A stretch of DNA of 32,000 nt. Source: Vibrio cholerae ATCC 14035 (GTDB lineage Bacteria > Pseudomonadota > Gammaproteobacteria > Enterobacterales > Vibrionaceae). Made by a program: the position numbers and the translations under genes. Below, one piece after another: positions 1 to 9,071 of this stretch; positions within the stretch are counted from its first letter, which is position 1, and every line of letters starts with the position of its first letter. The stretch is from positions 141,717 to 173,716 of the forward strand of contig NZ_KK211322.1 of the NCBI RefSeq assembly GCF_000621645.1. Reading direction: 5' to 3'. The notes under the pieces were generated by a model that had not been told where the DNA came from, ran no database searches, and saw nothing but the letters and a program-made list of their open reading frames with translations.

Positions 1-40
1 TTAATTATTAACAAAATCGCTGTCGGGTAGTCTAACTGGT

Positions 41-69
41 TTCAAAATGCATCGCTATTCAAGTAATAT
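41..69 (+). promoter_or_regulatory. Candidate sigma70 promoter for tyrS (TTCAAA-N17-TAATAT)
   Basis: TTCAAA at 41-46 and TAATAT at 64-69 with a 17-nt spacer, about 45 nt upstream of the tyrS ATG. GGGAG RBS at 100-104. Pattern match only. Confidence 0.25.
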
Positions 70-113
70 GTCCCACTATCATATTTTTGCCAAATCTGTG
101 GGAGTGAACAAGA

Positions 114-1301
114 ATGGCGAGTATTGAAGCCGCTTTAGCCGAGATTAAACGTGGTGTTGAAGAGCTGATCCCCGAAGAAGAGCTCATTGCCAAACTCAAA
201 GAAAATCGTCCGCTACGAATTAAGTTGGGGGCGGATCCAACGGCTCCGGATATCCATCTAGGCCACACGGTAATCCTCAATAAGCTTCGTACTTTCCAGG
301 ATTTAGGTCATGACGTGACATTTTTGATTGGTGACTTTACTGGAATGGTGGGGGATCCAACAGGAAAAAACACCACACGCCCACCTTTGACGCGCGAAGA
401 TGTATTGCGTAACGCGGAAACGTACAAGCAGCAAGTGTTCAAGATCCTCGATCCTGCCAAAACCAAGATCCAATTTAACTCAGAGTGGTTGTCAAAACTG
501 GGAGCGGAAGGGATGATCCGTCTGGCTTCAAACCAGACCGTCGCTCGTATGTTAGAACGTGATGACTTTAAAAAGCGTTACAACAATGGTCAGCCGATTG
601 CGATTCACGAGTTTATGTACCCATTGCTACAAGGCTACGACTCTGTTGCGATGGAGACGGATGTTGAGCTAGGCGGTACTGACCAGAAGTTTAACTTGCT
701 GATGGGGCGTGAGCTACAAAAAGCCAACGGCCAAAAACCACAAGTGGTATTGATGATGCCTCTGCTGGTGGGATTGGATGGCGAGAAGAAAATGTCCAAA
801 TCAGCGCATAACTATATTGGTGTGAGCGAAGCGCCGAGCGAAATGTTCGGTAAAATCATGTCAATTTCTGATGATTTGATGTGGAGCTACTACGAGCTGC
901 TCTCTTTCCGTCCGTTAGAAGAAGTGGCCCAATTCAAAGCAGAGGTTGCTAATGGTGCTAACCCGCGTGATATCAAGATTTTGCTAGCAAAAGAGATCAT
1001 CGCTCGTTTCCATTCTCAAGCCGACGCTGATGCAGCAGAACAAGAGTTCATCAACCGTTTCCAAAAAGGGGCGATGCCTGAGGAAATGCCAGAGTTTGAA
1101 TTCGAGTCTGGAATCGCTATCTCCAATCTGCTTAAAGAGGCGGGACTTGTGGCTTCTACTTCTGATGCACTGCGCATGATTAAACAAGGTGCGGTGAAGC
1201 TTGATGGCGAGAAGTTAGAAGATGCGAAGCTGATTCCTGCTTGTGGTACATCGGTTTACCAAGTGGGTAAGCGTAAGTTCGCTCGAGTGACCATCAAGTA
1301 A
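114..1301 (+). CDS. tyrS: Tyrosine--tRNA ligase, type-2 (TyrZ-like) subfamily
   Basis: 395-aa ORF. Class I HIGH motif (DIHLGH), KMSKS motif present, C-terminal S4-like RNA-binding domain ([16 protein letters not shown]). Short 395-aa architecture, clearly divergent from the 424-aa E. coli TyrS. Confidence 0.95.
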   Translation: MASIEAALAEIKRGVEELIPEEELIAKLKENRPLRIKLGADPTAPDIHLGHTVILNKLRTFQDLGHDVTFLIGDFTGMVGDPTGKNTTRPPLTREDVLRNAETYKQQVFKILDPAKTKIQFNSEWLSKLGAEGMIRLASNQTVARMLERDDFKKRYNNGQPIAIHEFMYPLLQGYDSVAMETDVELGGTDQKFNLLMGRELQKANGQKPQVVLMMPLLVGLDGEKKMSKSAHNYIGVSEAPSEMFGKIMSISDDLMWSYYELLSFRPLEEVAQFKAEVANGANPRDIKILLAKEIIARFHSQADADAAEQEFINRFQKGAMPEEMPEFEFESGIAISNLLKEAGLVASTSDALRMIKQGAVKLDGEKLEDAKLIPACGTSVYQVGKRKFARVTIK

Positions 1302-1330
1302 TGGTTTTCAAACCTGAGCTAAAAATAAAT

Positions 1331-1356
1331 AAAAAGCGCCAAACGGCGCTTTTTAT
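1331..1356. terminator. Bidirectional rho-independent terminator shared by tyrS (+) and dacB (-)
   Basis: AAAAAGCGCC-AAAC-GGCGCTTTTT: 6-bp GC stem (1335-1340 / 1345-1350), with an A-run on the left and a T-run on the right. Confidence 0.8.
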
Positions 1357-1368
1357 TTTTCAGGTAGC

Positions 1369-2814
1369 CTAGTTTGGCTTAGATGCCAAACGATTAAACT
1401 GAATAAGCTCTTGATAGAGCTGAGTTTCAAACTGGATAATCGGCGGCTCAACCGCTACCTCAGGATTGGATCTCGGAGGGAAATAGTCGGTGACGAATTG
1501 AACAAACAGAGTCTTAGGGCGCTGATTTTCGTCCATCACAAAGCCCGCCATATTGTAAGTGCCATAAAGTGAACCACTTTTCGCTTTAATTTGGCCACTG
1601 ATTTGCGGCGCACGCATACTGCGTCGATATTGCAAAGTGCCCGATTCTCCCGCTGAAGGCAGCATAGCAATTAAACCAAGCTCAGCTTCGTGCTGATAAA
1701 GGTAGCGAAGAGTTTCCAGCATCACTTGTGGACGCATCCGGTTATTACGTGAAAGGCCAGAGCCATCGGCGAGCTGAGTATCTTCTAATGAAATGCCCGT
1801 GCGCGAGTAAAAAATCTGTTTAATGGCTTGTGTTCCGTTGGTAAAGCTACCGGGTTGAGAGTAAAAACGGTGTCCCAAGGCTTTGGTCAAGGTATCGGCG
1901 ATCAGGTTGTCGGACTCTTGCAACATGGTTTTCAGTAACACAGGCAGCGGCTGGGAGTGATGAGAAGCGATTTTCTGCGCTTGTTTGGTATTTGCTTTAC
2001 CGACTTTTATCTTCCCTTTGAGCTCGATGTTTAGCTGGCTGAGGAGACGATAGACCACTCGCTGGGTGTAGATCCCAGTATCTTGCACCGCAAATTTTAG
2101 TGGTAAGGGTTTGTCTCGTAGGGCTAAACAGCCATCCAGCGTATAGTGATTCTCAGGCGTTGCCGTCAGTTCTAAGTCACACAGTAAACTCTCTTGTTCG
2201 CTCTGTGTCACGCTGATGGCTTGCGACTGAACATGCACAGGGTAGTGCTCTGGTACATAAACGCGCGTTTTACCTTGTGGTTCGGTATAAATAGACGCCT
2301 GGATACAGTTAGCATCGAGGTTGATGGCACTGGCTGGGGCGCTATAGCAGACGCCTAAAATATCCCATGGCCAGCCTACCGCACGCTCATATCCACTAAA
2401 TACACTATTATCCAGCCACAAATCGCCCTCAATCCTACCGCCACTTTGCGCTTTCATCGCTTTGAGCAATGTCGTTAAATCTGCGGTGGTCAGGGTGGGG
2501 TCGCCTGAAAAGCGAATGATCCAATCTTGCCCTGAACGCATTAAATCAGTGTGAAAGCGAAACTTATCACCCAGTTCTAATTTTGCGGCGAGTGCCGTCA
2601 AAATCTTCTGGGTGCTAGCGGGGGGATAGTACAGATGAGTATTGAGTTCGAGAGTGTTCTGCTGTAATGCGACATCTTCAATCAATAGGCTATAACGTGC
2701 CCCTTGAGGAAGTTTAGTCGTTGCGGCAGTCAATGGTGTTTGTGCGTAAATCGGAGAGGCTATTAGAAAACCGCTAATAGAGAGTAACCAAACAGGTATG
2801 AAGCGAAAAAGCAT
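1369..2814 (-). CDS. dacB: D-alanyl-D-alanine carboxypeptidase/endopeptidase, PBP4
   Basis: Homology to E. coli DacB along the whole length. SxxK motif (ASTQK), SDN motif, KSG(S) motif, and signal peptide MLFRFIPVWLLSISGFLIASPIYA. The ORF track starts at a TTG at 2832; the ATG at 2814 gives the canonical signal peptide, so I prefer it. Confidence 0.9.
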   Translation of the reverse strand: MLFRFIPVWLLSISGFLIASPIYAQTPLTAATTKLPQGARYSLLIEDVALQQNTLELNTHLYYPPASTQKILTALAAKLELGDKFRFHTDLMRSGQDWIIRFSGDPTLTTADLTTLLKAMKAQSGGRIEGDLWLDNSVFSGYERAVGWPWDILGVCYSAPASAINLDANCIQASIYTEPQGKTRVYVPEHYPVHVQSQAISVTQSEQESLLCDLELTATPENHYTLDGCLALRDKPLPLKFAVQDTGIYTQRVVYRLLSQLNIELKGKIKVGKANTKQAQKIASHHSQPLPVLLKTMLQESDNLIADTLTKALGHRFYSQPGSFTNGTQAIKQIFYSRTGISLEDTQLADGSGLSRNNRMRPQVMLETLRYLYQHEAELGLIAMLPSAGESGTLQYRRSMRAPQISGQIKAKSGSLYGTYNMAGFVMDENQRPKTLFVQFVTDYFPPRSNPEVAVEPPIIQFETQLYQELIQFNRLASKPN

Positions 2815-2860
2815 AGCAATAACATCCACCAAGAAACGTTGCTGCAGTATAACGAGATAG

Positions 2861-2887
2861 AAAAACGCCTGCTAGTGAGCAGGCGTT
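2861..2887 (-). terminator. Rho-independent terminator of ompU
   Basis: 10-bp perfect stem AACGCCTGCT / AGCAGGCGTT (2864-2873 / 2878-2887) with a 4-nt loop, followed on the minus strand by TTTTT. Confidence 0.85.
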
Positions 2888-2911
2888 TGGCGTGTGACCT
2901 GAAGTCAACAA

Positions 2912-3937
2912 TTAGAAGTCGTAACGTAGACCGATAGCCAGTTCGTCTTCTGATGCTACTTTACTAGCTTTGTCTGAATCTAGCAGATTGAACTGGTAAG
3001 AGATGTAAGAGCGGAAGTTTGGCTTGAAGTAGTAAGTTGCGTCGATAGCAAAATTATCTGCTGAAGTTTTTTTCGCTGTTTCTGCATTGTTGTATGTCGC
3101 AGTAAACGCAGCTTGACCTAGTTTGTAACCAGCAGCTAGCTCGTAGCCAGTGTAGTCAACGTCTTTCGCTAGCTCACCGTCAGTGAACAGTCCTGCGAAG
3201 TACAGGTTTTCCATGCGGTAAGAAGCGGCTAGCATGTATTCGTTTTGATCGTCTTGATCTGCGTAGCCAGCACCTACGTTAAAGCCAGTGTCACCGAAAG
3301 TGTAGATAGCAGACAGAGAGTAACCATCTTCACCGTTGTCAGAGTACTTGGCAGCGTTTGTTTCAGTTACAACATTACCCATTGCGTCAACAGCGTTACG
3401 GTCAGCAAAACGGTAGCTTGCTTTTACGCCTAGGTCACCAAATTGGCCTTTGTAAGCCAGCATGTTGTCAACACGGTCTGCTACAGCAATTTTTTCTGCG
3501 GCTGTGTTACCGTGGTAAGACATGATATCGGTGAAGTCAGTGATTACGCCCAATGCGCCATCGTTTTTACCGTAAGTCACTTCACCGTAAGTGCCACCGA
3601 TACCAGCGTAGGTATAACGGTTGTCTAGGCTGTTGTTAGACGCGTTTTTACCTTGATCATTAGTAGTAAACTCGCCTTCGTAGAAACCAACACCGTATAG
3701 GCTGTCATTGATTTCTGCTTTACCCAAGAAGTTTAGACGTACGCGAGAGTTGTCTTGTGCCTTACCATCTTTCAGAGATAGGCGAGCTTCAGCACGGCCA
3801 CCAACTTCTAGAGAAGTACCTTTCGCGCTGTAAACGGTTGAACCTGCTTTGTCACCGCTTTGGTTGATTCCGTCAGCGTAAGCGCCAGTAGCCACTGCAG
3901 CAGCTGATACAGCAAGAGCAATCAGAGTCTTGTTCAT
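2912..3937 (-). CDS. ompU: Outer membrane porin OmpU
   Basis: Protein MNKTLIALAVSAAAVATGAYA/DGINQSGDK... ending in ...LRYDF (terminal Phe, beta-barrel porin signature), recognised as V. cholerae OmpU. The ORF-track start (3964) adds 9 residues. The ATG at 3937 has an AGGAC RBS and gives the 341-aa precursor. Confidence 0.95.
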   Translation of the reverse strand: MNKTLIALAVSAAAVATGAYADGINQSGDKAGSTVYSAKGTSLEVGGRAEARLSLKDGKAQDNSRVRLNFLGKAEINDSLYGVGFYEGEFTTNDQGKNASNNSLDNRYTYAGIGGTYGEVTYGKNDGALGVITDFTDIMSYHGNTAAEKIAVADRVDNMLAYKGQFGDLGVKASYRFADRNAVDAMGNVVTETNAAKYSDNGEDGYSLSAIYTFGDTGFNVGAGYADQDDQNEYMLAASYRMENLYFAGLFTDGELAKDVDYTGYELAAGYKLGQAAFTATYNNAETAKKTSADNFAIDATYYFKPNFRSYISYQFNLLDSDKASKVASEDELAIGLRYDF

Positions 3938-4119
3938 CTTATTAAGTCCTAATTTATTGTCCATAAATTTGATTTTTGTGCGACGTAAGCCACGTCAATC
4001 GAAATAGGTGATGCATCAAGCTTCATTGGTCATTGTTGTGTTCAACCATAAAGCATAAAGATTTGATGGCTCAGCCATTTTCGTGGCTATTTTTTTACTC
4101 CCAAAGTTCCGCTATCAGT

Positions 4120-4265
4120 TAGTAAAATGATATAAATCCAACTTATGAACACTGTTTTATTGTTGGTAAAAATTTATCAAGTTATTGTTTTTAAATGATT
4201 TTAATGTTTGTTGGTAAGTGTTTTTTTTAATTTAATTTGTTGTATTTTTTATTTTTTTTTATCGA
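4120..4265 (-). promoter_or_regulatory. AT-rich ompU upstream regulatory region with ToxR-type TNAAA-N5-TNAAA direct repeats
   Basis: Very AT-rich tract with long T runs. On the ompU strand, TAAAA-TCATT-TAAAA lies at 4189-4203 and TAAAA-AAAAA-TAAAA at 4247-4261, plus TTTAA pentamer phasing at 4226-4240. ToxR is known to footprint a long region upstream of ompU. The exact TSS was not determined here. Confidence 0.5.
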
Positions 4266-4413
4266 GATTGAGCAAAATGCACGCAATCTAATTGTGCTAA
4301 AGATCACATATAAAAAGCGAAAATGGGGATTCAACTAAATTCGCCTCGCAAATCTTGAATTTGGATGATTTAGCTCTTAACTTTGTTTACACTTTTGAGT
4401 AATCCAAATGGTT

Positions 4414-4477
4414 CAACCCTAACCCGACCCGATTTAGGATGTTGGGAAATTTTTTATTGTCCAAAGAAACACTTTGG
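4414..4477 (+). promoter_or_regulatory. greA 5' leader with two hairpins and a T6 run
   Basis: Imperfect stem 4414-4422 / 4434-4444 followed by GGAAATTTTTT (T run 4450-4455). Second hairpin CCAAAG-N5-CTTTGG at 4461-4477, just before the AGAGG RBS. Confidence 0.3.
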
Positions 4478-4488
4478 CGCAGAGGTAA

Positions 4489-4965
4489 ATGATGGAAAAA
4501 GTTCCAATGACAGCGCGTGGTGAAAAGCTACTGCGTGAAGAACTCGATAGACTATTAAAGCTCAGACCTAAAATTACAGAAGCGATTGCCGAAGCTCGTG
4601 AGCTTGGCGATTTGAAAGAGAATGCGGAATACCATGCTGCACGTGAAGAGCAGGGGATCTGTGAAGCGCAAATTCGTGATATCGAATACAAGCTATCAGT
4701 GGCGCAGGTTATTGATGTCACTAAGATGGAAAACAGTGGCAAAGTCATTTTTGGTGCCACGGTGACGGTGATTGATGTCAACAGCGACGAAGAGAAGACT
4801 TACCAAATCGTTGGTGATGATGAAGCGGATATCAAATCAGGTCGTATTTCAGTCAATTCGCCGATTGCTCGTGGTTTGATTGGTAAATTTGAAGGCGATG
4901 AAGTCTCGATTGCGACTCCAGGGGGCAATAAGGTCTTTGAAATTGATCGCGTGGAATATCTATAG
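4489..4965 (+). CDS. greA: Transcription elongation/cleavage factor GreA
   Basis: 158 aa, near-colinear with E. coli GreA ([40 protein letters not shown], ...VEYL). Confidence 0.96.
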   Translation: MMEKVPMTARGEKLLREELDRLLKLRPKITEAIAEARELGDLKENAEYHAAREEQGICEAQIRDIEYKLSVAQVIDVTKMENSGKVIFGATVTVIDVNSDEEKTYQIVGDDEADIKSGRISVNSPIARGLIGKFEGDEVSIATPGGNKVFEIDRVEYL

Positions 4966-5000
4966 CTTCGCAAATTAGCCAATCATTTTAGGAAAAAGTA

Positions 5001-5027
5001 AAAAAGGTCGCAGTCGCGACCTTTTTT
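5001..5027. terminator. Bidirectional terminator between greA (+) and yhbY (-)
   Basis: AAAAAGGTCGC-AGTC-GCGACCTTTTTT: GC stem flanked by A5 and T6. Confidence 0.85.
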
Positions 5028-5041
5028 CATCCATTGGCTGA

Positions 5042-5338
5042 TTATTTGCGTGGCAATTCGATTTTGCGTTGCTGAGACTGGCGATAAAGTACTAGGACTT
5101 TACCAATTACCTGTACTTTCTCGGCACCAGTTTCGCGAACAATTGCGTCAACGATCAATTGCTTAGTTTCACGATCTTCAGAAACGACTTTCACTTTAAT
5201 CAGTTCATGGTGATCGAGCGCAATTTCGATTTCCGCCAGCACAGCTTCTGTGAGTCCGTTAGCTCCCATCAACACAACAGGTTTTAAGTTGTGTGCCAAG
5301 CCTTTCAGATGCTGCTTTTGTTTGTTGCTTAGGTTCAT
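5042..5338 (-). CDS. yhbY: CRM-domain RNA-binding / ribosome assembly protein YhbY
   Basis: 98 aa, homologous to E. coli YhbY ([23 protein letters not shown]). Conserved position divergent from rlmE-ftsH. Confidence 0.92.
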   Translation of the reverse strand: MNLSNKQKQHLKGLAHNLKPVVLMGANGLTEAVLAEIEIALDHHELIKVKVVSEDRETKQLIVDAIVRETGAEKVQVIGKVLVLYRQSQQRKIELPRK

Positions 5339-5367
5339 TACGCGGCCAAATTTATTTAATATTAGGG

Positions 5368-5395
5368 TTGAAAACCGTCATTTTAACGCCATCTA
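5368..5395 (+). promoter_or_regulatory. Candidate sigma32 heat-shock promoter for rlmE-ftsH
   Basis: GTTGAAA (-35, TTGAAA 5368-5373), a 13-nt spacer, then CGCCATCTA (5387-5395) against the consensus CTTGAAA-N13-15-CCCCATNTA. The E. coli rrmJ(ftsJ)-ftsH operon is a known sigma32 regulon member. Confidence 0.5.
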
Positions 5396-5457
5396 TGCTA
5401 GAAGACTATATTTTCTACCAGACTTTCTTGGATAGTGGTGACTTAGTTAGGAACAAA

Positions 5458-6087
5458 ATGAGTAAACAGAAACACTCGGCCAGCTCAACTCGCTGGTTAA
5501 AAGAGCATTTTGACGACAAATATGTTAACGAAGCAAAGAAGAAAGGCTATCGTTCACGTGCTATCTTCAAAATAGAAGAGATCCAAAACAAAGATAAACT
5601 ACTAAAAGCTGGTATGACAGTTGTCGATCTTGGCGCTGCACCTGGTGGATGGTCGCAATTTGCGGCCAAAGTAGTTGGCGAAGGTGGGCGTGTTATTGCA
5701 TGTGACCTTTTACCTATGGAGTCGATTGCGGGGGTGTCTTTCTTGCAAGGTGATTTCCGTGAGGAAGCGGTGCTCAATGCATTGCTCGATCGAATCCAGC
5801 CAGATATGGTTGATGTAGTGATGTCTGATATGGCACCTAATATGGCGGGTAACTTGTCCGTCGATCAGCCTCGCGCCATGTATCTTGTCGAATTGGCACT
5901 GGATATGTGTCGACAAGTTCTGGCTCCCAATGGTAGTTTTGTGGTGAAAGTGTTTCAAGGAGAAGGCTTTGATGATTATGTCAAAGCAGTAAGAGACCTG
6001 TTTAAAGTGGTTAAAATCCGTAAACCGGACTCCTCTCGATCACGTTCACGAGAAGTTTTTATCGTAGCGACTGGTTACAAAGGTTAA
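5458..6087 (+). CDS. rlmE: 23S rRNA (uridine2552-2'-O)-methyltransferase RlmE (FtsJ/RrmJ)
   Basis: 209 aa from the ATG at 5458 (AGGAA RBS), colinear with E. coli RlmE ([32 protein letters not shown]). The ORF-track start at 5293 would overlap yhbY and lacks homology. Confidence 0.95.
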   Translation: MSKQKHSASSTRWLKEHFDDKYVNEAKKKGYRSRAIFKIEEIQNKDKLLKAGMTVVDLGAAPGGWSQFAAKVVGEGGRVIACDLLPMESIAGVSFLQGDFREEAVLNALLDRIQPDMVDVVMSDMAPNMAGNLSVDQPRAMYLVELALDMCRQVLAPNGSFVVKVFQGEGFDDYVKAVRDLFKVVKIRKPDSSRSRSREVFIVATGYKG

Positions 6088-6187
6088 CTATTTCACTATT
6101 TGGTGCCTAAGTAGACCCTATAGCCGCTAGCTACAAACTGTAGTACCCTACCTTTTAATTACAATTAGTTATCGCGAGGCTTACACC

Positions 6188-8143
6188 TTGAGTGACATGG
6201 CAAAAAATTTAATCCTGTGGCTTGTGATTGCTGTCGTTTTGATGTCTGTATTCCAGAGCTTCGGCCCCGGTGAGAATAACGGCAGAGCAGTCGACTACAC
6301 CACATTTGTAAAGGAAGTTGGTCAAGGCCAGATTCAGGAAGCTCAATTCAACAACGGTGAAATTACTTTCATGCGTCGTGGAGGCGGCAGCCGTTATGTA
6401 ACTTACATGCCGGTTTATGATCAAAAGCTCCTCGATGACTTGATCAATCAAGACGTGAAAGTACAAGGTACGCCTCCTGAAGAGCAAAGCTTGCTGGGTA
6501 CCATTTTCATCTCTTGGTTCCCAATGATTCTATTGATTGGGGTTTGGATCTTCTTCATGCGTCAAATGCAAGGTGGCGGTGGCAAAGGTGCCATGTCATT
6601 TGGTAAGAGCAAAGCGCGTATGATGAGTGAAGACCAGATAAAAACCACTTTCAGCGACGTTGCGGGCTGTGATGAAGCAAAAGAAGATGTGAAAGAACTG
6701 GTCGATTACCTGCGCGATCCGAGCCGCTTCCAAAAGCTGGGTGGTAAGATCCCAACGGGTGTACTCATGGTTGGTCCTCCTGGTACAGGTAAAACCTTGC
6801 TTGCCAAAGCGATTGCTGGTGAAGCTAAAGTGCCATTCTTTACTATCTCTGGTTCGGATTTCGTTGAAATGTTTGTCGGTGTCGGTGCATCTCGTGTGCG
6901 TGACATGTTCGAACAAGCGAAGAAAGCCTCTCCATGTATTATTTTCATTGATGAAATTGATGCAGTGGGTCGTCAGCGTGGCGCGGGTGTTGGTGGTGGT
7001 CACGATGAACGTGAGCAGACACTAAACCAAATGCTGGTTGAGATGGATGGTTTTGAAGGCAATGAAGGCATTATTGTCATCGCGGCAACCAACCGTCCTG
7101 ACGTGTTGGACCCAGCATTGCTGCGTCCGGGACGTTTTGACCGTCAAGTCGTGGTAGGCCTGCCAGATGTGCGTGGTCGTGAGCAAATTCTTAAAGTGCA
7201 TATGCGCAAAGTGCCTCTGGCGAATGATGTAGAGCCATCATTGATTGCGCGTGGTACTCCTGGATTCTCTGGTGCGGATTTAGCGAACTTAGTTAACGAA
7301 GCGGCGCTGTTTGCTGCTCGTGGCAACAAGCGCAACGTCTCTATGGTTGAGTTTGAACTTGCAAAAGACAAAATCATGATGGGTGCAGAGCGCCGTTCAA
7401 TGGTGATGTCTGAAGAGATAAAAGAGTCTACCGCTTATCATGAGGCTGGTCATGCGGTAGTAGGTCGCCTTGTACCTGAGCATGATCCGGTTTACAAAGT
7501 GTCGATCATTCCTCGCGGTCGTGCATTGGGTGTCACCATGTACTTGCCTGAGCAAGATCGCGTGAGTATGTCTAAACAGCATCTGGAATCAATGATCTCT
7601 AGCTTGTACGGCGGTCGTCTTGCTGAAGAGTTGATTTACGGCAAAGAGAAAGTTTCAACAGGCGCATCAAACGATATCGAGCGTGCAACAGAAATTGCTC
7701 GTAAGATGGTGACCCAATGGGGCTTCTCTGAAAAGCTAGGCCCTATGTTGTATGCGGAAGATGAAGGTGAAGTGTTCCTTGGGCGCAGTGTGACACAGAC
7801 GAAACACATGTCTGATGACACCGCGAAGCTGATTGATGACGAAGTGCGTCAAATCATTGATCGTAACTACGAACGAGCTCGCCAAATCATTATGGATAAT
7901 ATGGATATCATGCATGCGATGAAAGATGCATTGATGAAGTATGAAACTATCGATGCAGGTCAGATTGATGACTTGATGGCGCGTAAGCCTGTGATTCGTG
8001 AACCAGCAGGTTGGGGTGAACAATCGAAAACTCCGTCTGCACCTGAAGTAAAAGCTGAGCCTGAAGCTAAGGCGGAAGAATCTACAGCAGAGACTGCTTC
8101 ATCGGATGTCGCGACAGCAAGCGAGAAAAAAGACGCTGAATAA
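6188..8143 (+). CDS. ftsH: ATP-dependent zinc metalloprotease FtsH
   Basis: Two N-terminal TM segments, Walker A GPPGTGKT, Walker [17 protein letters not shown] zinc motif. The start is ambiguous: TTG at 6188 (MSDMAKN...) or ATG at 6197 (MAKNLILW..., as in E. coli). Confidence 0.96.
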   Translation: MSDMAKNLILWLVIAVVLMSVFQSFGPGENNGRAVDYTTFVKEVGQGQIQEAQFNNGEITFMRRGGGSRYVTYMPVYDQKLLDDLINQDVKVQGTPPEEQSLLGTIFISWFPMILLIGVWIFFMRQMQGGGGKGAMSFGKSKARMMSEDQIKTTFSDVAGCDEAKEDVKELVDYLRDPSRFQKLGGKIPTGVLMVGPPGTGKTLLAKAIAGEAKVPFFTISGSDFVEMFVGVGASRVRDMFEQAKKASPCIIFIDEIDAVGRQRGAGVGGGHDEREQTLNQMLVEMDGFEGNEGIIVIAATNRPDVLDPALLRPGRFDRQVVVGLPDVRGREQILKVHMRKVPLANDVEPSLIARGTPGFSGADLANLVNEAALFAARGNKRNVSMVEFELAKDKIMMGAERRSMVMSEEIKESTAYHEAGHAVVGRLVPEHDPVYKVSIIPRGRALGVTMYLPEQDRVSMSKQHLESMISSLYGGRLAEELIYGKEKVSTGASNDIERATEIARKMVTQWGFSEKLGPMLYAEDEGEVFLGRSVTQTKHMSDDTAKLIDDEVRQIIDRNYERARQIIMDNMDIMHAMKDALMKYETIDAGQIDDLMARKPVIREPAGWGEQSKTPSAPEVKAEPEAKAEESTAETASSDVATASEKKDAE

Positions 8144-8160
8144 CATCACTTTTAACTTTA

Positions 8161-8184
8161 AACCCCGACTTGTTCGGGGTTTTG
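8161..8184 (+). terminator. Rho-independent terminator after ftsH
   Basis: CCCCGA-CTTGT-TCGGGG followed by TTTTGTGTTT. Confidence 0.75.
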
Positions 8185-8209
8185 TGTTTGCAGGGAATAT
8201 ATTTTTAGA

Positions 8210-9046
8210 ATGCTGAAAATCAGTCATGCCGATAAGCAGCTTGAGCTGCATTCACCCGTTGTGATGGGTATCTTAAATACTACGCCAGATTCCTTTTCCG
8301 ATGGCGGCCGTTACGTTGACCTTGATGTCGCGTTGGCAAGAGCACAGCAAATGATCGACCTTGGCGTCGCGATTATTGATATTGGCGGTGAGTCAACTCG
8401 ACCAGGCGCTCCTGATGTTGCTTTAGAAGAGGAATTACAGCGCGTCATCCCACTTATCAAAGCGATTCGAAAACAGAATGCTGAGGTATGGATTTCGATT
8501 GATACCAGCAAAGCGGAAGTGATGCGCCAAGCATTAGCTGCGGGAGCCGATCTGATTAATGATGTGCGTGCTTTGCAAGAGCCGGGAGCTCTTGAAGTAG
8601 CAGCGCAGGCTCAAGTCCCGGTTTGTATTATGCATATGCAAGGTCAGCCGCGGACGATGCAAGCTAACCCACACTACTACAATATTATTGAAGAGGTTTG
8701 CCAGTTTTTAGCTGAGCGAATTGCACAATGCGAAGCTGCGGGTATTAAGCGTGAGAATATTATCTTAGATCCCGGTTTTGGTTTTGGAAAATCGGTGCAA
8801 CACAATTATCATTTGCTCGCCCATTTAGAACAGTTTCATCGTTTTGGATTGCCAGTTTTAGCTGGAATGTCACGTAAATCAATGATTTTTAAAACACTGA
8901 ATAAGCAACCAGCTGAATGTGTGGCAGGAAGCGTTGCGTGTGCCACATTGGCTGCGCAAAAAGGCGCACAAATTATCCGTGTTCATGATGTAGAGCAGAC
9001 CATTGATGCACTCAAAATGGTGCAGATGATGCATAACAATTTGTAA
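8210..9046 (+). CDS. folP: Dihydropteroate synthase
   Basis: 278 aa, pterin-binding domain motifs ([28 protein letters not shown]). Conserved position after ftsH. Confidence 0.95.
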   Translation: MLKISHADKQLELHSPVVMGILNTTPDSFSDGGRYVDLDVALARAQQMIDLGVAIIDIGGESTRPGAPDVALEEELQRVIPLIKAIRKQNAEVWISIDTSKAEVMRQALAAGADLINDVRALQEPGALEVAAQAQVPVCIMHMQGQPRTMQANPHYYNIIEEVCQFLAERIAQCEAAGIKRENIILDPGFGFGKSVQHNYHLLAHLEQFHRFGLPVLAGMSRKSMIFKTLNKQPAECVAGSVACATLAAQKGAQIIRVHDVEQTIDALKMVQMMHNNL

Positions 9047-9071
9047 AAACAATAATGTAAAGGAAACACAA

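Noticed and set aside
4066-4097. Small plus-strand hairpin AGCCA-N6-TGGCT followed by ATTTTTTT in the ompU upstream region, which might mark a short antisense or divergent sRNA.
   Set aside because: The stem is only 5 bp and competes with an alternative ATGGC-TCA-GCCAT hairpin. There is no identifiable plus-strand promoter upstream, and T runs are ubiquitous in this AT-rich tract.
4434-4781. 115-aa minus-strand ORF antisense to greA, and similar antisense ORFs inside ftsH, nusA, pnp, rocS and other genes.
   Set aside because: They are entirely nested in well-supported conserved genes and have no start context. Their composition is typical of the reverse frame of a coding region.
5293-5457. 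N-terminal extension of rlmE to 264 aa, as drawn in the ORF track.
   Set aside because: The extension overlaps the yhbY start on the other strand and has no similarity to RlmE. The homologous N-terminus ([13 protein letters not shown]) begins at 5458 behind a good RBS.
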